Part shown: positions 15,815-25,303 of the stretch, piece by piece
How positions within the stretch are numbered: position 1 is the first letter of the stretch
How the letters are laid out: the number at the start of each line of letters is the position of its first letter
Assembly (NCBI GenBank): GCA_039208735.1
Contig: JBCCQY010000121.1
Span: 1-27,732, forward strand
Source of the DNA: Myxococcota bacterium
GTDB taxonomy: Bacteria; Myxococcota_A; UBA796; GCA-2862545
DNA: 27,732 bases
Reading direction: 5' to 3'
Translations under genes and position numbers: made by a program
The notes under the pieces: model-generated
What the model was told of the DNA's origin: nothing
The model's input: the letters and a program-made list of their open reading frames with translations, nothing else
Databases searched by the model: none

Positions 15815-18547
15815 ATGCACTCCTTCCCCGGAGTTGTCTTGCTCATCGCGTTTCTCGGTCTGGCATCTGCGGCGCCGCCTTCCCTTGAAATGGGGGACAC
15901 GGCCTTCGAGATCAACCGCAACGTCCTTTGCCTGCCATCGGGTCTGCGCGTGCTCTACCACCATGAGCCTTCGCACAAGTCGGTCTACTGGACGACCGTG
16001 GTCGATGTGGGTTCGACGGCGGAACCGCCCGGTCAGGAAGGTCTGGCGCACCTCGTCGAGCATCTCTGGTTTGACACCGCAGCATTTCGCAGGGTCTCGT
16101 CCCGGGTGGCCTCGAATGCCACGATCGATCCGGACGTCACGGTCTACTACGCGCTTGGCGGCGATGACCAGCTTGGACCCTTGGTTGAAGCGGAATCCCG
16201 ACGCTTTGGGTTGCCTTTGCGGGGGGTGGATGAGGCCATCGTCGAGCGTGAGAAGCGCATCGTGGAGGCCGAGCGCCGCTGGCGCTACGAGAACCGCTCC
16301 CTGTCGAGCTTCGCCATGCTTCCCAATGTGTTCAATGAGGGGCACCCCTACCACCGACCCACGATTGGGACGGCGGAAAGCATCGCGTCGCTGACCCTCG
16401 AACAGGCGCGAACCTTTTCGGCAACGCACGTGACCCCCAATCGTACGTCATGGGTGGTGACCGGTCCGCAGACCTTCGAGGCGTTTCAGGAGCTGTTGAA
16501 GACCCGTGCTGCGGACTGGATTTGGCGGCCGTCACCGGATGCGAGTTGTGCACCGGCTCCTCCGCCTAAGGCGCCTCCGGTCGAGCGTCCCCGAGAGACG
16601 CGGTGGCTCGAACTCGAGGCTGCGACCGCCCAGCCGCACGCGGTGGTGGGCTGGGTGTTGCCGCCTGCATTTGGGCGCGATCACATTCAACAACAGCGCG
16701 GCGTCGAAATGGTGGACAGCGTCGGAGGATGGAGCTGTCGGCACCTTCCACTGCGGCAGGCATCGATGGCGACCTGCCGGATGGGTTTGGACGGGTCACC
16801 CGGGCATCGGCCTTACCGAGATCAGGTCCAAACCCTCCTGGACCGTATTCATTGGACCTGGGACTCGAGCGATCGGGACTACCAAAGTCGCGTGTTCTCC
16901 CGGGCGTACCACGACACGCTGTCTCGACTTTTCCTCAATCTCGAAGACACCTCGGCCAACCACACCGACGCAGAATTGTGGCACCACACCGGAGACCTTG
17001 AGGGGTGGGTGCGCCGGATTCAGCAGGCGGCTCCAGCCAAGGTCGGCAGCGACAATCTCGTGCTCGAGGATTGGTTCAGTCAGCGTCGTGCGACGGTGGC
17101 GATCGTGACCCCCCGTTCGCAGGTGTCGGAGGTCGCGCAGGGCCGGAGCCATGGTCCGCCTCGCTCCGACACACCGATTGGCACGGACGTTGAGCCCACC
17201 GACGCACGGACGCTCGAAACGCTCGCCAAGGTGGATACCCAGGCCCTTCGGGTGCAACGGTTCGACAATGGGCTCAACGTGTGGGTGTTGCCGTTTGGCG
17301 CCTCCCCGTTTGCACGAAGCCACCTTGTGCTCGCGGGTGCGCGTGCGACGGCTCCCGACCTCGCGATTCACGAGCTGTTCTGGGATTTGCTGGTCGACGA
17401 CGTGAACATCCAGAACATGAACATCTACCGATCGCCGCTCGTGATTGGCGGAGACTGGAGCGACTGGCGAGGCGCTGATCGCACCGAACTCGGCATTCGG
17501 AGTGTCAAGAACAAGCTCGACGCCCAGCTGTACTTGCTCCGGGCCCGGCTTGATGCGACGCGACTCGACTTCGAGGGCCAAGGCGACATCCTCGATCGCG
17601 AAGAAGACCGCATGTGGACTCGTTTGCAGGACGCTCAGACCTGGGCCCAGCTGCACCGCGAGGCCTCGCTGTTTGGGGCGCCCGACGGCTGGACTCCCGA
17701 GCTGATGGGACGCGCCCGCAAGGTGAAGAAGGGGGACGTGAAGGCCTGGCTACAGCAGGTTCTCCGACCACAAGAAGCAACCCTCATCATCGTTGGAGAT
17801 GTGAATCCGAGTCGCGCATTGGGAGAGGCGAAACGCTACTTCGGCGATTGGAAGACCAAGAATCGGGCGCCCCTCAAGTTGCGGCAGGTGGTGAAACGCG
17901 CGGTGGAACCTTCGGTGACGGTGTTCGAAGATTCCTCACGGACCGATGTGACCATCTCGGTGTCATGTCCGCGCCTGCAATCCTCGACCTACCCCCTGGA
18001 ACGCATTTCGCGGAAGGTCATCGATGAGCTGGTGACCGGCCAGCTGCGAGAGACTTGGGGGGCGACGTACACCGTGAGCGTCTGGCTCGACCATCGTGGT
18101 GCAGAGCAGGCGGTTTGGAACATCGAAACCGAAGTACCCGGGTCGGTAGCTGGCCCCGCCGTGATGGCCATTCGCGAAACGCTACAGCGCATCGCGTCAG
18201 GCAAGATTTCCAAGCGTTACCTCGCGTATTCGAGGCTCAATTACGCGCGAAGCTCTAGGTTTGGCCTTCGTGATCCCGCAGTCATGCTGGGACGTTTGCT
18301 CGAGGTGGCCCGGCGGGATGGCGACGTCACTCACCTCGAGAGGGAGGGCGACGAACTGCTCGCCGTTTCGCGTGAGGCCGTTGCATCGCAGCTTGCGGAT
18401 TGCGCAGGCCATGAGGTGGTGACGCTGGTGGGCCCCGGCAAGCCCATTTGGACCTCGCTCACGGAAGCCAAGGTAAACGCTACCCAAGAGAACTGGGATG
18501 TGAACCGGAATAACTGGCTTTCGAAGTACGCACCCAAGCGGCGCTAA
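15815..18547 (+). CDS. M16 family (insulinase/PqqL-like) secreted zinc peptidase
   Basis: Signal peptide, VGS..EPPGQEGLAHLVEHLWF (HxxEH), EKRIVEAE, HPYHRPTIGT. Second half has NGLNVWV and P.EATLIIVGDV. Confidence 0.9.
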   Translation: MHSFPGVVLLIAFLGLASAAPPSLEMGDTAFEINRNVLCLPSGLRVLYHHEPSHKSVYWTTVVDVGSTAEPPGQEGLAHLVEHLWFDTAAFRRVSSRVASNATIDPDVTVYYALGGDDQLGPLVEAESRRFGLPLRGVDEAIVEREKRIVEAERRWRYENRSLSSFAMLPNVFNEGHPYHRPTIGTAESIASLTLEQARTFSATHVTPNRTSWVVTGPQTFEAFQELLKTRAADWIWRPSPDASCAPAPPPKAPPVERPRETRWLELEAATAQPHAVVGWVLPPAFGRDHIQQQRGVEMVDSVGGWSCRHLPLRQASMATCRMGLDGSPGHRPYRDQVQTLLDRIHWTWDSSDRDYQSRVFSRAYHDTLSRLFLNLEDTSANHTDAELWHHTGDLEGWVRRIQQAAPAKVGSDNLVLEDWFSQRRATVAIVTPRSQVSEVAQGRSHGPPRSDTPIGTDVEPTDARTLETLAKVDTQALRVQRFDNGLNVWVLPFGASPFARSHLVLAGARATAPDLAIHELFWDLLVDDVNIQNMNIYRSPLVIGGDWSDWRGADRTELGIRSVKNKLDAQLYLLRARLDATRLDFEGQGDILDREEDRMWTRLQDAQTWAQLHREASLFGAPDGWTPELMGRARKVKKGDVKAWLQQVLRPQEATLIIVGDVNPSRALGEAKRYFGDWKTKNRAPLKLRQVVKRAVEPSVTVFEDSSRTDVTISVSCPRLQSSTYPLERISRKVIDELVTGQLRETWGATYTVSVWLDHRGAEQAVWNIETEVPGSVAGPAVMAIRETLQRIASGKISKRYLAYSRLNYARSSRFGLRDPAVMLGRLLEVARRDGDVTHLEREGDELLAVSREAVASQLADCAGHEVVTLVGPGKPIWTSLTEAKVNATQENWDVNRNNWLSKYAPKRR

Positions 18548-18667
18548 TCCAGACCGGCACATCGTGAGGCGCGGGGGCTTCCACCGTGCCAATGGTCATG
18601 TCCGGATTTGCGAGCCTGGTGCATTCCCTTTGTTGGCAAGCCTGCCATTTCAACATTGAAGGGAAAG

Positions 18668-19234
18668 ATGATGAGGCTTTGGGTCTCGATTTTGTGCTCT
18701 TGGGCCGGTGCAACGGCCTGTATCGGGTCAGATGGACCGAACTCCTCCGGTCGCGTGCAAGCGCCCGGGGCGACCCCCGACCAGGAATCCGTACTGCTCG
18801 ATGTCGTGACAGGATGGAACGACAAAGACAAAGAAGTCATCGATCCACAAGGGGAACTTCGGTTCTTGCAGATGGCCGACGAGGATTGGTGGTCGCAGGA
18901 AGCCGGCTATTTTTCAGCCTTCCTGTTCGATGTGACGGCGCTGCCTGCCGATCGGGAGGCCATCGAAACGCGGATCGTGATCGAGCATTGGGAAGAAGAT
19001 GAAGTGATGGACGGCGACATCACCTTAAGTGTCGCCACGGGGTCACTCGACTTCCCTGACGTGATCGACAGCACGCTGCTCCCCGTGGTCAACGGACGTG
19101 TGGCCCAAGACGTGTTCACGTGGCCGGTGGCGGCGGACCCCGAAGGTCTGATTGTTGTGGTGGCTAACGACAATCCTGCTGGTCAAAAAGCCTTGATCAA
19201 TCTTCTTTATTTGGATGTCGTGTTCGCTCCGTGA
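18668..19234 (+). CDS. Acidic hypothetical lipoprotein
   Basis: MMRLWVSILCSWAGATAC lipobox-like signal followed by an acidic, beta-rich mature domain. Confidence 0.7.
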   Translation: MMRLWVSILCSWAGATACIGSDGPNSSGRVQAPGATPDQESVLLDVVTGWNDKDKEVIDPQGELRFLQMADEDWWSQEAGYFSAFLFDVTALPADREAIETRIVIEHWEEDEVMDGDITLSVATGSLDFPDVIDSTLLPVVNGRVAQDVFTWPVAADPEGLIVVVANDNPAGQKALINLLYLDVVFAP

Positions 19235-19396
19235 GGGCGACGCGACGGGACCGCGGTTTCGGCGCTGGCCGTTGATTCTCTTGGTCGAGCCAGCTCCTTT
19301 CCCGCAAACCGGGCCGCCGTCCACTCGAGCATGAGGGGCATGTTCAGGGCGGTTGAATCGTTGGACGTTGGGACGGTCGGTTTATGACCGGGTGCT

Positions 19397-19410
19397 TGAA
19401 CATCTGTTCA
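19397..19410. promoter_or_regulatory. Palindromic operator-like site TGAACA-TC-TGTTCA
   Basis: Perfect 6-2-6 palindrome with further (T)GTTCA half-sites at 19423-19428 and 19432-19436, in an AT-richer intergenic region upstream of a small ORF. Confidence 0.55.
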
Positions 19411-19461
19411 TTTCGTGTCATATGTTCATACGTTCAGTGTTGGACGATGGAGGTGCAACTC

Positions 19462-19617
19462 ATGAACTCTCGCCGACCTTCCACCCTTTCCCTGTTGGAG
19501 TCGGACGAATTGTCGTCGTCCACGTCGCTCCTGACAGGCTTCTTTTCCAACGAAGTGCGTCAGGCGAGGGCCCTTCAACGTCGCCGGCCTCGCCGCGGCC
19601 GCTGTCGTCCACCCTGA
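19462..19617 (+). CDS. Putative small Ser-rich/Arg-rich protein (51 aa)
   Basis: GGAGG (19449-19453), 8 nt spacer, ATG. MNSRRPSTLSLLESDELSSSTSLLTGFFSNEVRQARALQRRRPRRGRCRPP. Confidence 0.45.
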   Translation: MNSRRPSTLSLLESDELSSSTSLLTGFFSNEVRQARALQRRRPRRGRCRPP

Positions 19618-19648
19618 TCTGGCGGTCGTCAACCGCGTGGGGCCCTCG

Positions 19649-20242
19649 TCAGGGGGCTCTACTCACGCGGCTGCGCACCTCGGCCGCCAATGCAGCGAGC
19701 TGCTCCGGCGTCGTGGCGTAGCTGTCCACCACCCGGTGGTTTCCGTCCACAAGCACGACATTGCCCGTGTGGGCGACCGCCATCATTCCGTCGACTTCTG
19801 CACGTTCCATGGCGAAGCGGAAGTGGTCGACCACCAACGTTTCGATCGAATCACGAGGGCCGGTCACCAAGGACCATCGGTCAGGGTCCACCCCGTAGGC
19901 CGTTGCCTGCTTTGCCAAGACTTCAGCGGTGTCGTACTCCGGATCGACCGAGAAGCTCACGATGTGTACCCTCTCGAGGTCACTCAAGGCGTCCTGAAGG
20001 CCAGAGAGGTGCACCATGAGGGCTGGGCACGTGGCTTTGCATCGGGTGAACAGGAAGCTTGCGATCCAAAGCTGCCCATCGAGGTCTTCGGTACCAAAGG
20101 TCTCACCCGCTTGATTGGTGAGTTCAAAATTTGGGATTTCGGTTCCTGGGTCTGCGCCTTCGGGTTTCGCCGCCGTGTAGAACCAGGAGCCAAGTCCGGC
20201 CCCGACCAACAACAACACCACTACGATCTGGGCTTTCGACAC
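19649..20242 (-). CDS. SCO1/SenC family copper chaperone
   Basis: N-terminal anchor, PNFELTNQ.G, FTRCKATCP (CxxxC), SFSVDPEYDT and conserved His in AHTGNVVLVD. GTG start inferred. Confidence 0.92.
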   Translation of the reverse strand: MSKAQIVVVLLLVGAGLGSWFYTAAKPEGADPGTEIPNFELTNQAGETFGTEDLDGQLWIASFLFTRCKATCPALMVHLSGLQDALSDLERVHIVSFSVDPEYDTAEVLAKQATAYGVDPDRWSLVTGPRDSIETLVVDHFRFAMERAEVDGMMAVAHTGNVVLVDGNHRVVDSYATTPEQLAALAAEVRSRVSRAP

Positions 20243-20244
20243 GA

Positions 20245-20544
20245 TCAATTCACCCACACAAAACAGTCTACGCCCTCGATCCACGGGGCATCGATCCAGC
20301 CCGCCCGCAGGGCCAGCCATTGGATTTCAGCCACCACATGGTCACCGTGGAACCCCACGAAGGCCAAGGTCGCCGCCGTGCCCAAAACGGGGATGGCAGA
20401 CGAGACCAGCGACGAACTCGCGGTGTGGGCGCAGGTCGGATGGGCGGGGTTGGAGAGCGGCGCGAGTCCAAAACCCGATCGTATGCGGTCGGCCCAGTAG
20501 ACCACCTGCGACATCACCAATGCGATGAGAATGCAGCAGCCCAA
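20245..20544 (-). CDS. Small Cys/His-containing membrane protein upstream of SCO
   Basis: AGGAGG RBS (20550-20555) before TTG. 99 aa with two hydrophobic segments; stop lies 2 nt before the SCO start. Confidence 0.6.
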   Translation of the reverse strand: MGCCILIALVMSQVVYWADRIRSGFGLAPLSNPAHPTCAHTASSSLVSSAIPVLGTAATLAFVGFHGDHVVAEIQWLALRAGWIDAPWIEGVDCFVWVN

Positions 20545-20633
20545 CGTCGCCTCCTTGCCTCGTGCGACCGCTCGTATCTTCCGTCTGCAACAGTTGGAAG
20601 GCGATCGCCAAGCCGCGTGGGTACACCTCGAGC

Positions 20634-21224
20634 ATGGAATGGTTGTTGGAATGGGGCCTGGTCGGGGTGGTCGGCGTGATCCTGTTGTCGGCGGTGGGGC
20701 TGCCCGTCCCCGAGGAACTCAGCCTCGCCACGGCCGGCGTGCTTGCGGGGCGGGGCCACGCAGCCTTGCTGATCGCCGTCTTCGTCTGCTACGCCGCGGT
20801 ACTGATGGCCGACCTCTTCGTCTGGGGCGTGGGTCGGACGTTGGGCTCGAGCGCGCGACTCCGTTCGTTCGTCGGGGAACAGCACTATACGCAGGTCTCA
20901 AATGCCTATGCTCGATATGGCGGTTGGCTGGTCCTGATGGTTCGACCGTTACCCGGTATGCGGGTGCCCGTCTACACCATCGCCGGGGCGGCGGGCATGC
21001 CCTCATGGCGGTTCGTGCTGTTCGATGGGCTGGCCGCGGCCATCACGGTTCCCCTGTACGTCTGCGCTGGCTACTGGCTTGCGGACGACCTGGCTCGGCT
21101 CACGGAAACGATTGCTCAATCCCGCCAGGTCATGGCGGGCTTTGCCGCGTTGGTGGGGGCCGCGTTGGTGGGGTGGTGGTTCGTCCGGGTGCGTGGTCGC
21201 GGGGATGCAGCGGCGTCAAAGTGA
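20634..21224 (+). CDS. DedA family membrane protein
   Basis: GLPVPEE, AD..VWGVGR, YGGWLVLMVRPLPGMR, AGAAGMPSWRF..FD motifs. Confidence 0.92.
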   Translation: MEWLLEWGLVGVVGVILLSAVGLPVPEELSLATAGVLAGRGHAALLIAVFVCYAAVLMADLFVWGVGRTLGSSARLRSFVGEQHYTQVSNAYARYGGWLVLMVRPLPGMRVPVYTIAGAAGMPSWRFVLFDGLAAAITVPLYVCAGYWLADDLARLTETIAQSRQVMAGFAALVGAALVGWWFVRVRGRGDAAASK

Positions 21225-22467
21225 AGAGCGCGAGGGCCAAAGGAACGACCGCCGCGGCGAGGCAAGCCGGTCGATAGGAGCCCAGCGTTTGGCGGCTCGC
21301 CGCAAGCAGACTCGGTCCCAAAGCGCTTCCCACGACCATGGCGGTCATGCTGGCCCCGCTGATCGTGCCGAGGTGTTCGCGCCCAAAGAAGCGGGGCAAC
21401 CCGACGGTGGGCAGGACGCCGAAGAGGCCCCCGGACATCCCGAGGGCGAATGCGGTGGCGGCGTAGCCGTAGGTCGTGCCAAGGCCTGTGAGCGATGCGT
21501 AGCCCGCGGCGGTGGCGACCAAGAAGGCTTGGAGCAGGGTTCGAATAGGCATGCGATCCGCGAGCCAGCCTGCCGCGGCTCCCGCGCTTGTGCTGACCAG
21601 TGCCATGGGAACGAACAGCCCCACCGCTTCGGTTCGAGAGAGCGCTTGTTCGGCGCCAAGGTCCACGATGTGCAACGTGGCTCCCGTCAGCACGAGGGCG
21701 TGCCACGCCAGGGCCAAGGTGAGGACCCAGAAGGCGCGCGTCCGGAGCGCCTCGCTCCGAGTGGTCGCCACTTCGGTCCGCCCGCCCTCGGCCTCGCTCA
21801 CCCCATCCAAAAGCAAGCCCGCGGATTCAGGATCCTCACGGAACAAGAGCAACGCCAGACTGACCATCCCGAACGCTTCGACCAATGCGATTTCGCGATA
21901 GGCCCCTTGCCACCCCGAATGGGCGATCCAGGCGTCGAGAATTCGGGGTGCCAACGCAAAGCTGAATGCGACGAACAGGCCGCTGATCGCGGTGGCCGTG
22001 CCCCGGCGCCGTTCGAACCAACGTCCAATCATGGTGCGACTGGCCAGCGTAAGGACGCCCTGACCACTGAACCGTACGGCGAGGAAGAGTCCCGCGATCA
22101 CGACGAAGGGAGCGCCATTCACCGCGCGGATCACCCGTTCGATTTCAGCAAAGCCGAAGACAGTCAACGCAAGACCAAGGGCCGCGACGCTTGCCCCAAT
22201 GCGAACGCCGAATCGGTCGAGCATCCGTCCTGCCCAGGGCAGCAGCGAGGCGCTCAGCAAGGTGCCCACCAAATAGGCATTCGAAAAGCCTAGGCGGGAC
22301 AACCCCGTGGCCGCGAGCAAGGGATCGGTGAAGACGCTCACGCCCATGGTCTGGCCGGGGATGCTGGCCACGATTCCCACCGTGGCGGCACCCACGACGA
22401 TCCAACCATAGTAAATTGGCGATCGCTTTGGAGAAAAGGGAATATTGGGCCCGATAGGGTCGCGCAT
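21130..22467 (-). CDS. MFS transporter
   Basis: YYGWIVV...PGQT.GVSVF, GRMLDRFGVR and GWLADRMPIR (MFS motif A), WFERRRG; about 12 TM. Confidence 0.92.
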   Translation of the reverse strand: MRDPIGPNIPFSPKRSPIYYGWIVVGAATVGIVASIPGQTMGVSVFTDPLLAATGLSRLGFSNAYLVGTLLSASLLPWAGRMLDRFGVRIGASVAALGLALTVFGFAEIERVIRAVNGAPFVVIAGLFLAVRFSGQGVLTLASRTMIGRWFERRRGTATAISGLFVAFSFALAPRILDAWIAHSGWQGAYREIALVEAFGMVSLALLLFREDPESAGLLLDGVSEAEGGRTEVATTRSEALRTRAFWVLTLALAWHALVLTGATLHIVDLGAEQALSRTEAVGLFVPMALVSTSAGAAAGWLADRMPIRTLLQAFLVATAAGYASLTGLGTTYGYAATAFALGMSGGLFGVLPTVGLPRFFGREHLGTISGASMTAMVVGSALGPSLLAASRQTLGSYRPACLAAAVVPLALALFTLTPLHPRDHAPGRTTTPPTRPPPTRQSPP

Positions 22468-22547
22468 CACGGGCTTACCGTCTCCCGGTTGCAATATGGA
22501 CCCGACGACGCCAGCCGACGCTGTTCACCTTCGGCGAGGAACCACTT

Positions 22548-23420
22548 TTGATCAGAGATGAGACGCGTCTCGGACTCCTGGATGAGCTGGATGGGGCGCT
22601 TGAACGGGTTCCTGCCCTCGAGCCACTCTGCGAAACCCGATTTCTTGAAACCCATGTGCTGTATGAGGGGCGCTCCGACCAACAACGTCGGATCATCGAG
22701 TGGTTTGGCCAAAACATGGGCCCCGCAGGGGGAGCGGATCGGGCATTCCGGGTGCTCTCGGTAGGATGTGGCAGCGGTATCCTCGACGTGCCGTTGGCGG
22801 TTCGCTTTGCCTCGGGTGCGCCTGCCCTTCACTACGTCGGGGTCGATCCGAACCAGGCGGAATGCAACGCCTTCGTGCGCCGGTTTGAGTCTGCGGACCT
22901 GCCCGACGAAGCTTCCCTTACCGTCGAAGCATCGCCATTCGAGGACTTTGATGCCGAAGGGCGATTTGACCTGGTTCATCTTGTGCACTGCCTCTACTAC
23001 CTTCAGGACCCCGAAGCGGTGATTGCCAAGGCGCGTCGGTTGTTGGCCCCCGGCGGTTCGCTCGTGTTGGTGCATGCGCCCCGGGGGCATCTCAACGACC
23101 TGTCGACCCGCTTTTACGACAAGGGCTACGGCCGACCGACGTGGTTTGCCGATGACTGTGCGGGCATGCTCGAAGATTTGGGTTGGGCTTACGATCGATC
23201 CCGGATCGATGCACAGGTCGATGTGACGCCATTCGCCGAGCGGGACCCGGTGGTTGGATTGGCCTTGCGCGACTTCATCGTGCAGTTTGATAGCCTAAAG
23301 CTGCCTTTAGAAGTGCAAGGCATGGTCGATCGCTACCTCGATCTCATCGCCTTTCGCGATGCGAAGGGAACGGTGTTCATCGACCATCCCGCCGACGTGT
23401 TCGTCATCGCTGAATCGTGA
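22548..23420 (+). CDS. Class I SAM-dependent methyltransferase (histamine N-methyltransferase-like motifs)
   Basis: RVLSVGCGSG (motif I), YVGVDPN, FDLVHLVHCLYY, LLAPGG. GAGGA RBS before TTG. Confidence 0.85.
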   Translation: MIRDETRLGLLDELDGALERVPALEPLCETRFLETHVLYEGRSDQQRRIIEWFGQNMGPAGGADRAFRVLSVGCGSGILDVPLAVRFASGAPALHYVGVDPNQAECNAFVRRFESADLPDEASLTVEASPFEDFDAEGRFDLVHLVHCLYYLQDPEAVIAKARRLLAPGGSLVLVHAPRGHLNDLSTRFYDKGYGRPTWFADDCAGMLEDLGWAYDRSRIDAQVDVTPFAERDPVVGLALRDFIVQFDSLKLPLEVQGMVDRYLDLIAFRDAKGTVFIDHPADVFVIAES

Positions 23421-24240
23421 TCATGGCCACATCTTGCGTGAAGCGTACCGATCCATCGGTGGTGGTGCGCTCAGCCAGGTAGGCGCCTAGTCTTGGGTCG
23501 GCCCGCATCGCCTCGAGCGAGAGCGTTTCGTCAAACAGGCAGCGTTGCAAGAACCCTTCGAGGACAGGCTCTTCGTGGATGACCTGGACATACCGGAGCG
23601 GAGCGACGTTCACCGTGGCTCCCGCGTCCCGAAAGGCTTGGGCGACAACCTCGGCACTCGTGTAAGGGGTGCCGTCAGGGCGAAACTGCTCGAGGTACGC
23701 CTCGTAAAAGGCGAGGTAGTGCGAGGAGCGGGTCGCGTGACCAATGAAGCCCAGCCCGTCAGGCTTCATCGCTTCGAGGAAACGAACCACCCCATCGGCA
23801 AGTTCGGCTTCGGGCAACGCGTACAGCGCATGGACGGCCCATACGACGTCGTAGTCTCGCGCGTCGGTGGGGAGGTCCTGCAAGGTGTGCACGAGACGTC
23901 GCCCGGCCTTCATGGGGGCGGTGAGGGAGGCGGCCGCCTCTTCGACCGAAAAAGAACTTGGGTCCAGCAGATCAAGTACGAGAGCGCCCGGCGCCAGCGC
24001 CTGAATGGCGTCGACCTCGCGAAGAGCAGCCGGAAACTTGCCGCTTCCACACGCCACATCGAGGATGCGCAAAGGGGCGTCGGAGGTCGCTTGAGCGAGC
24101 CGGGCGGTATGGCTCCACGCTCGGACTAGCTCTCGGTAGTCGAGCGTCGCGACTCGGTAGAACGCGTCCATTTCAGCCCGCCGGGCCTCGCTCCAATGGG
24201 CGAGACTGCGATCTTCGGTATCTCCGGGTTCGAGACTCAT
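23404..24240 (-). CDS. Class I SAM-dependent methyltransferase
   Basis: RILDVACGSG, YDVVWAVHALY, MKPDG. ATGA overlap with the upstream dioxygenase. Confidence 0.88.
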   Translation of the reverse strand: MSLEPGDTEDRSLAHWSEARRAEMDAFYRVATLDYRELVRAWSHTARLAQATSDAPLRILDVACGSGKFPAALREVDAIQALAPGALVLDLLDPSSFSVEEAAASLTAPMKAGRRLVHTLQDLPTDARDYDVVWAVHALYALPEAELADGVVRFLEAMKPDGLGFIGHATRSSHYLAFYEAYLEQFRPDGTPYTSAEVVAQAFRDAGATVNVAPLRYVQVIHEEPVLEGFLQRCLFDETLSLEAMRADPRLGAYLAERTTTDGSVRFTQDVAMITIQR

Positions 24241-25217
24241 GGCGTCTCCGTCGGGTAGAGCACAGGATTGAGGGGGCTCGAAATCGGGTCGCCTGGGCCG
24301 ACGCCCGGCATGAACTTTTCGAAGTCGCCACTAATGAGGGTGGGCTCGTCCACCAGCCGGGCGCCATCTTCGAGGTAGGTGGTGGCCAAGGCCATTCGAG
24401 GCAATGTGGTGTGGTTGGGCCCGGCGGTATGAAGGCTGTGCGTGTGATGGAAGCTGACTTCGCCCAGCGCAAACCCGCTTGCCTCGACGGGCACCTTGGC
24501 TTCGCGAAGCGCCTCGGCGATGCCCCGGTCGTAGCTGTCGTCGAACTTGCTGAAGGGCAGGTCCTTGACGAGTTGCCAGGCGTCCATCGCCTTTGCGAAG
24601 GCCAACGGTCCCATAGCCGGTGGGGTCGGCTGAAGCGGGGCCCATAGGGTGGCCACATGCTTGCTTGCGATGGGGTAGTGGTGAGCATCGTAGTGCCAAG
24701 GCGTTCGCCCGGCCCCCGGGAGCTTCGACAGCGCATTGTCGTGGTACAGCCGCACGGAGCGCACCTCGAGCAGCGCCGCCGCGATGCCGGCAAGGCGAGG
24801 GCTCAACACGAACGCGCGACACACCGGATCGGTGGTCCACATCATTTCGAGGCTGGGAAATCCAAGCGGGGGAGCATTCTCTAGCGAGATCGAAAACAAT
24901 CGATCGAACGACCGCCGAAGCGTGAGCAACGCGGCAGGTGAACAAACTTCCGGTAGCTTGACGTAGCCATCGCGTTGAAACGCCTGTCGCGCGGTCTCGG
25001 GAACCGGGTAGGGAATCGCCAGCTCGGCCTGCAAGGCGTCGAGCGACAAGTCCGCGAGATCAGGCAGCTCGGGCGTGTCGACCGGCCCCGCAGGAGAGGC
25101 TTCGGCATATGCCAGGGACAGATACCAGTTCCACCACTGCGCATTGTCAGCGTCCCACCGCTCATGAATGGCGTCGGAGGCCGCGTTGCGTTTGGCTAGG
25201 AATTGTTCAGGCTTCAA
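24237..25217 (-). CDS. Phytanoyl-CoA dioxygenase (PhyH) family Fe(II)/2OG oxygenase
   Basis: FQRDGYVKL, TPWHYD (HxD), GEVSFH...LHTAGPN (distal His) and R (LPRMA). TTG start with AAGGGAG RBS. Confidence 0.9.
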   Translation of the reverse strand: MKPEQFLAKRNAASDAIHERWDADNAQWWNWYLSLAYAEASPAGPVDTPELPDLADLSLDALQAELAIPYPVPETARQAFQRDGYVKLPEVCSPAALLTLRRSFDRLFSISLENAPPLGFPSLEMMWTTDPVCRAFVLSPRLAGIAAALLEVRSVRLYHDNALSKLPGAGRTPWHYDAHHYPIASKHVATLWAPLQPTPPAMGPLAFAKAMDAWQLVKDLPFSKFDDSYDRGIAEALREAKVPVEASGFALGEVSFHHTHSLHTAGPNHTTLPRMALATTYLEDGARLVDEPTLISGDFEKFMPGVGPGDPISSPLNPVLYPTETP

Positions 25218-25303
25218 AAGGCGCTCCCTTTCGAGGTCGCCGTATCGCTCGCCTGCCGGTCTCGTCAGGTGTTTCGGCGTGCCGACGTTTGCCCTCGGCC
25301 GAA

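Noticed and set aside
17240..18547. Absence of HxxEH in the second half of the M16 peptidase
   Set aside because: Normal for fused two-half M16B peptidases.
18548..18667. Possible tRNA/ncRNA in this intergenic region
   Set aside because: No cloverleaf, T-loop consensus or strong stem found by eye.
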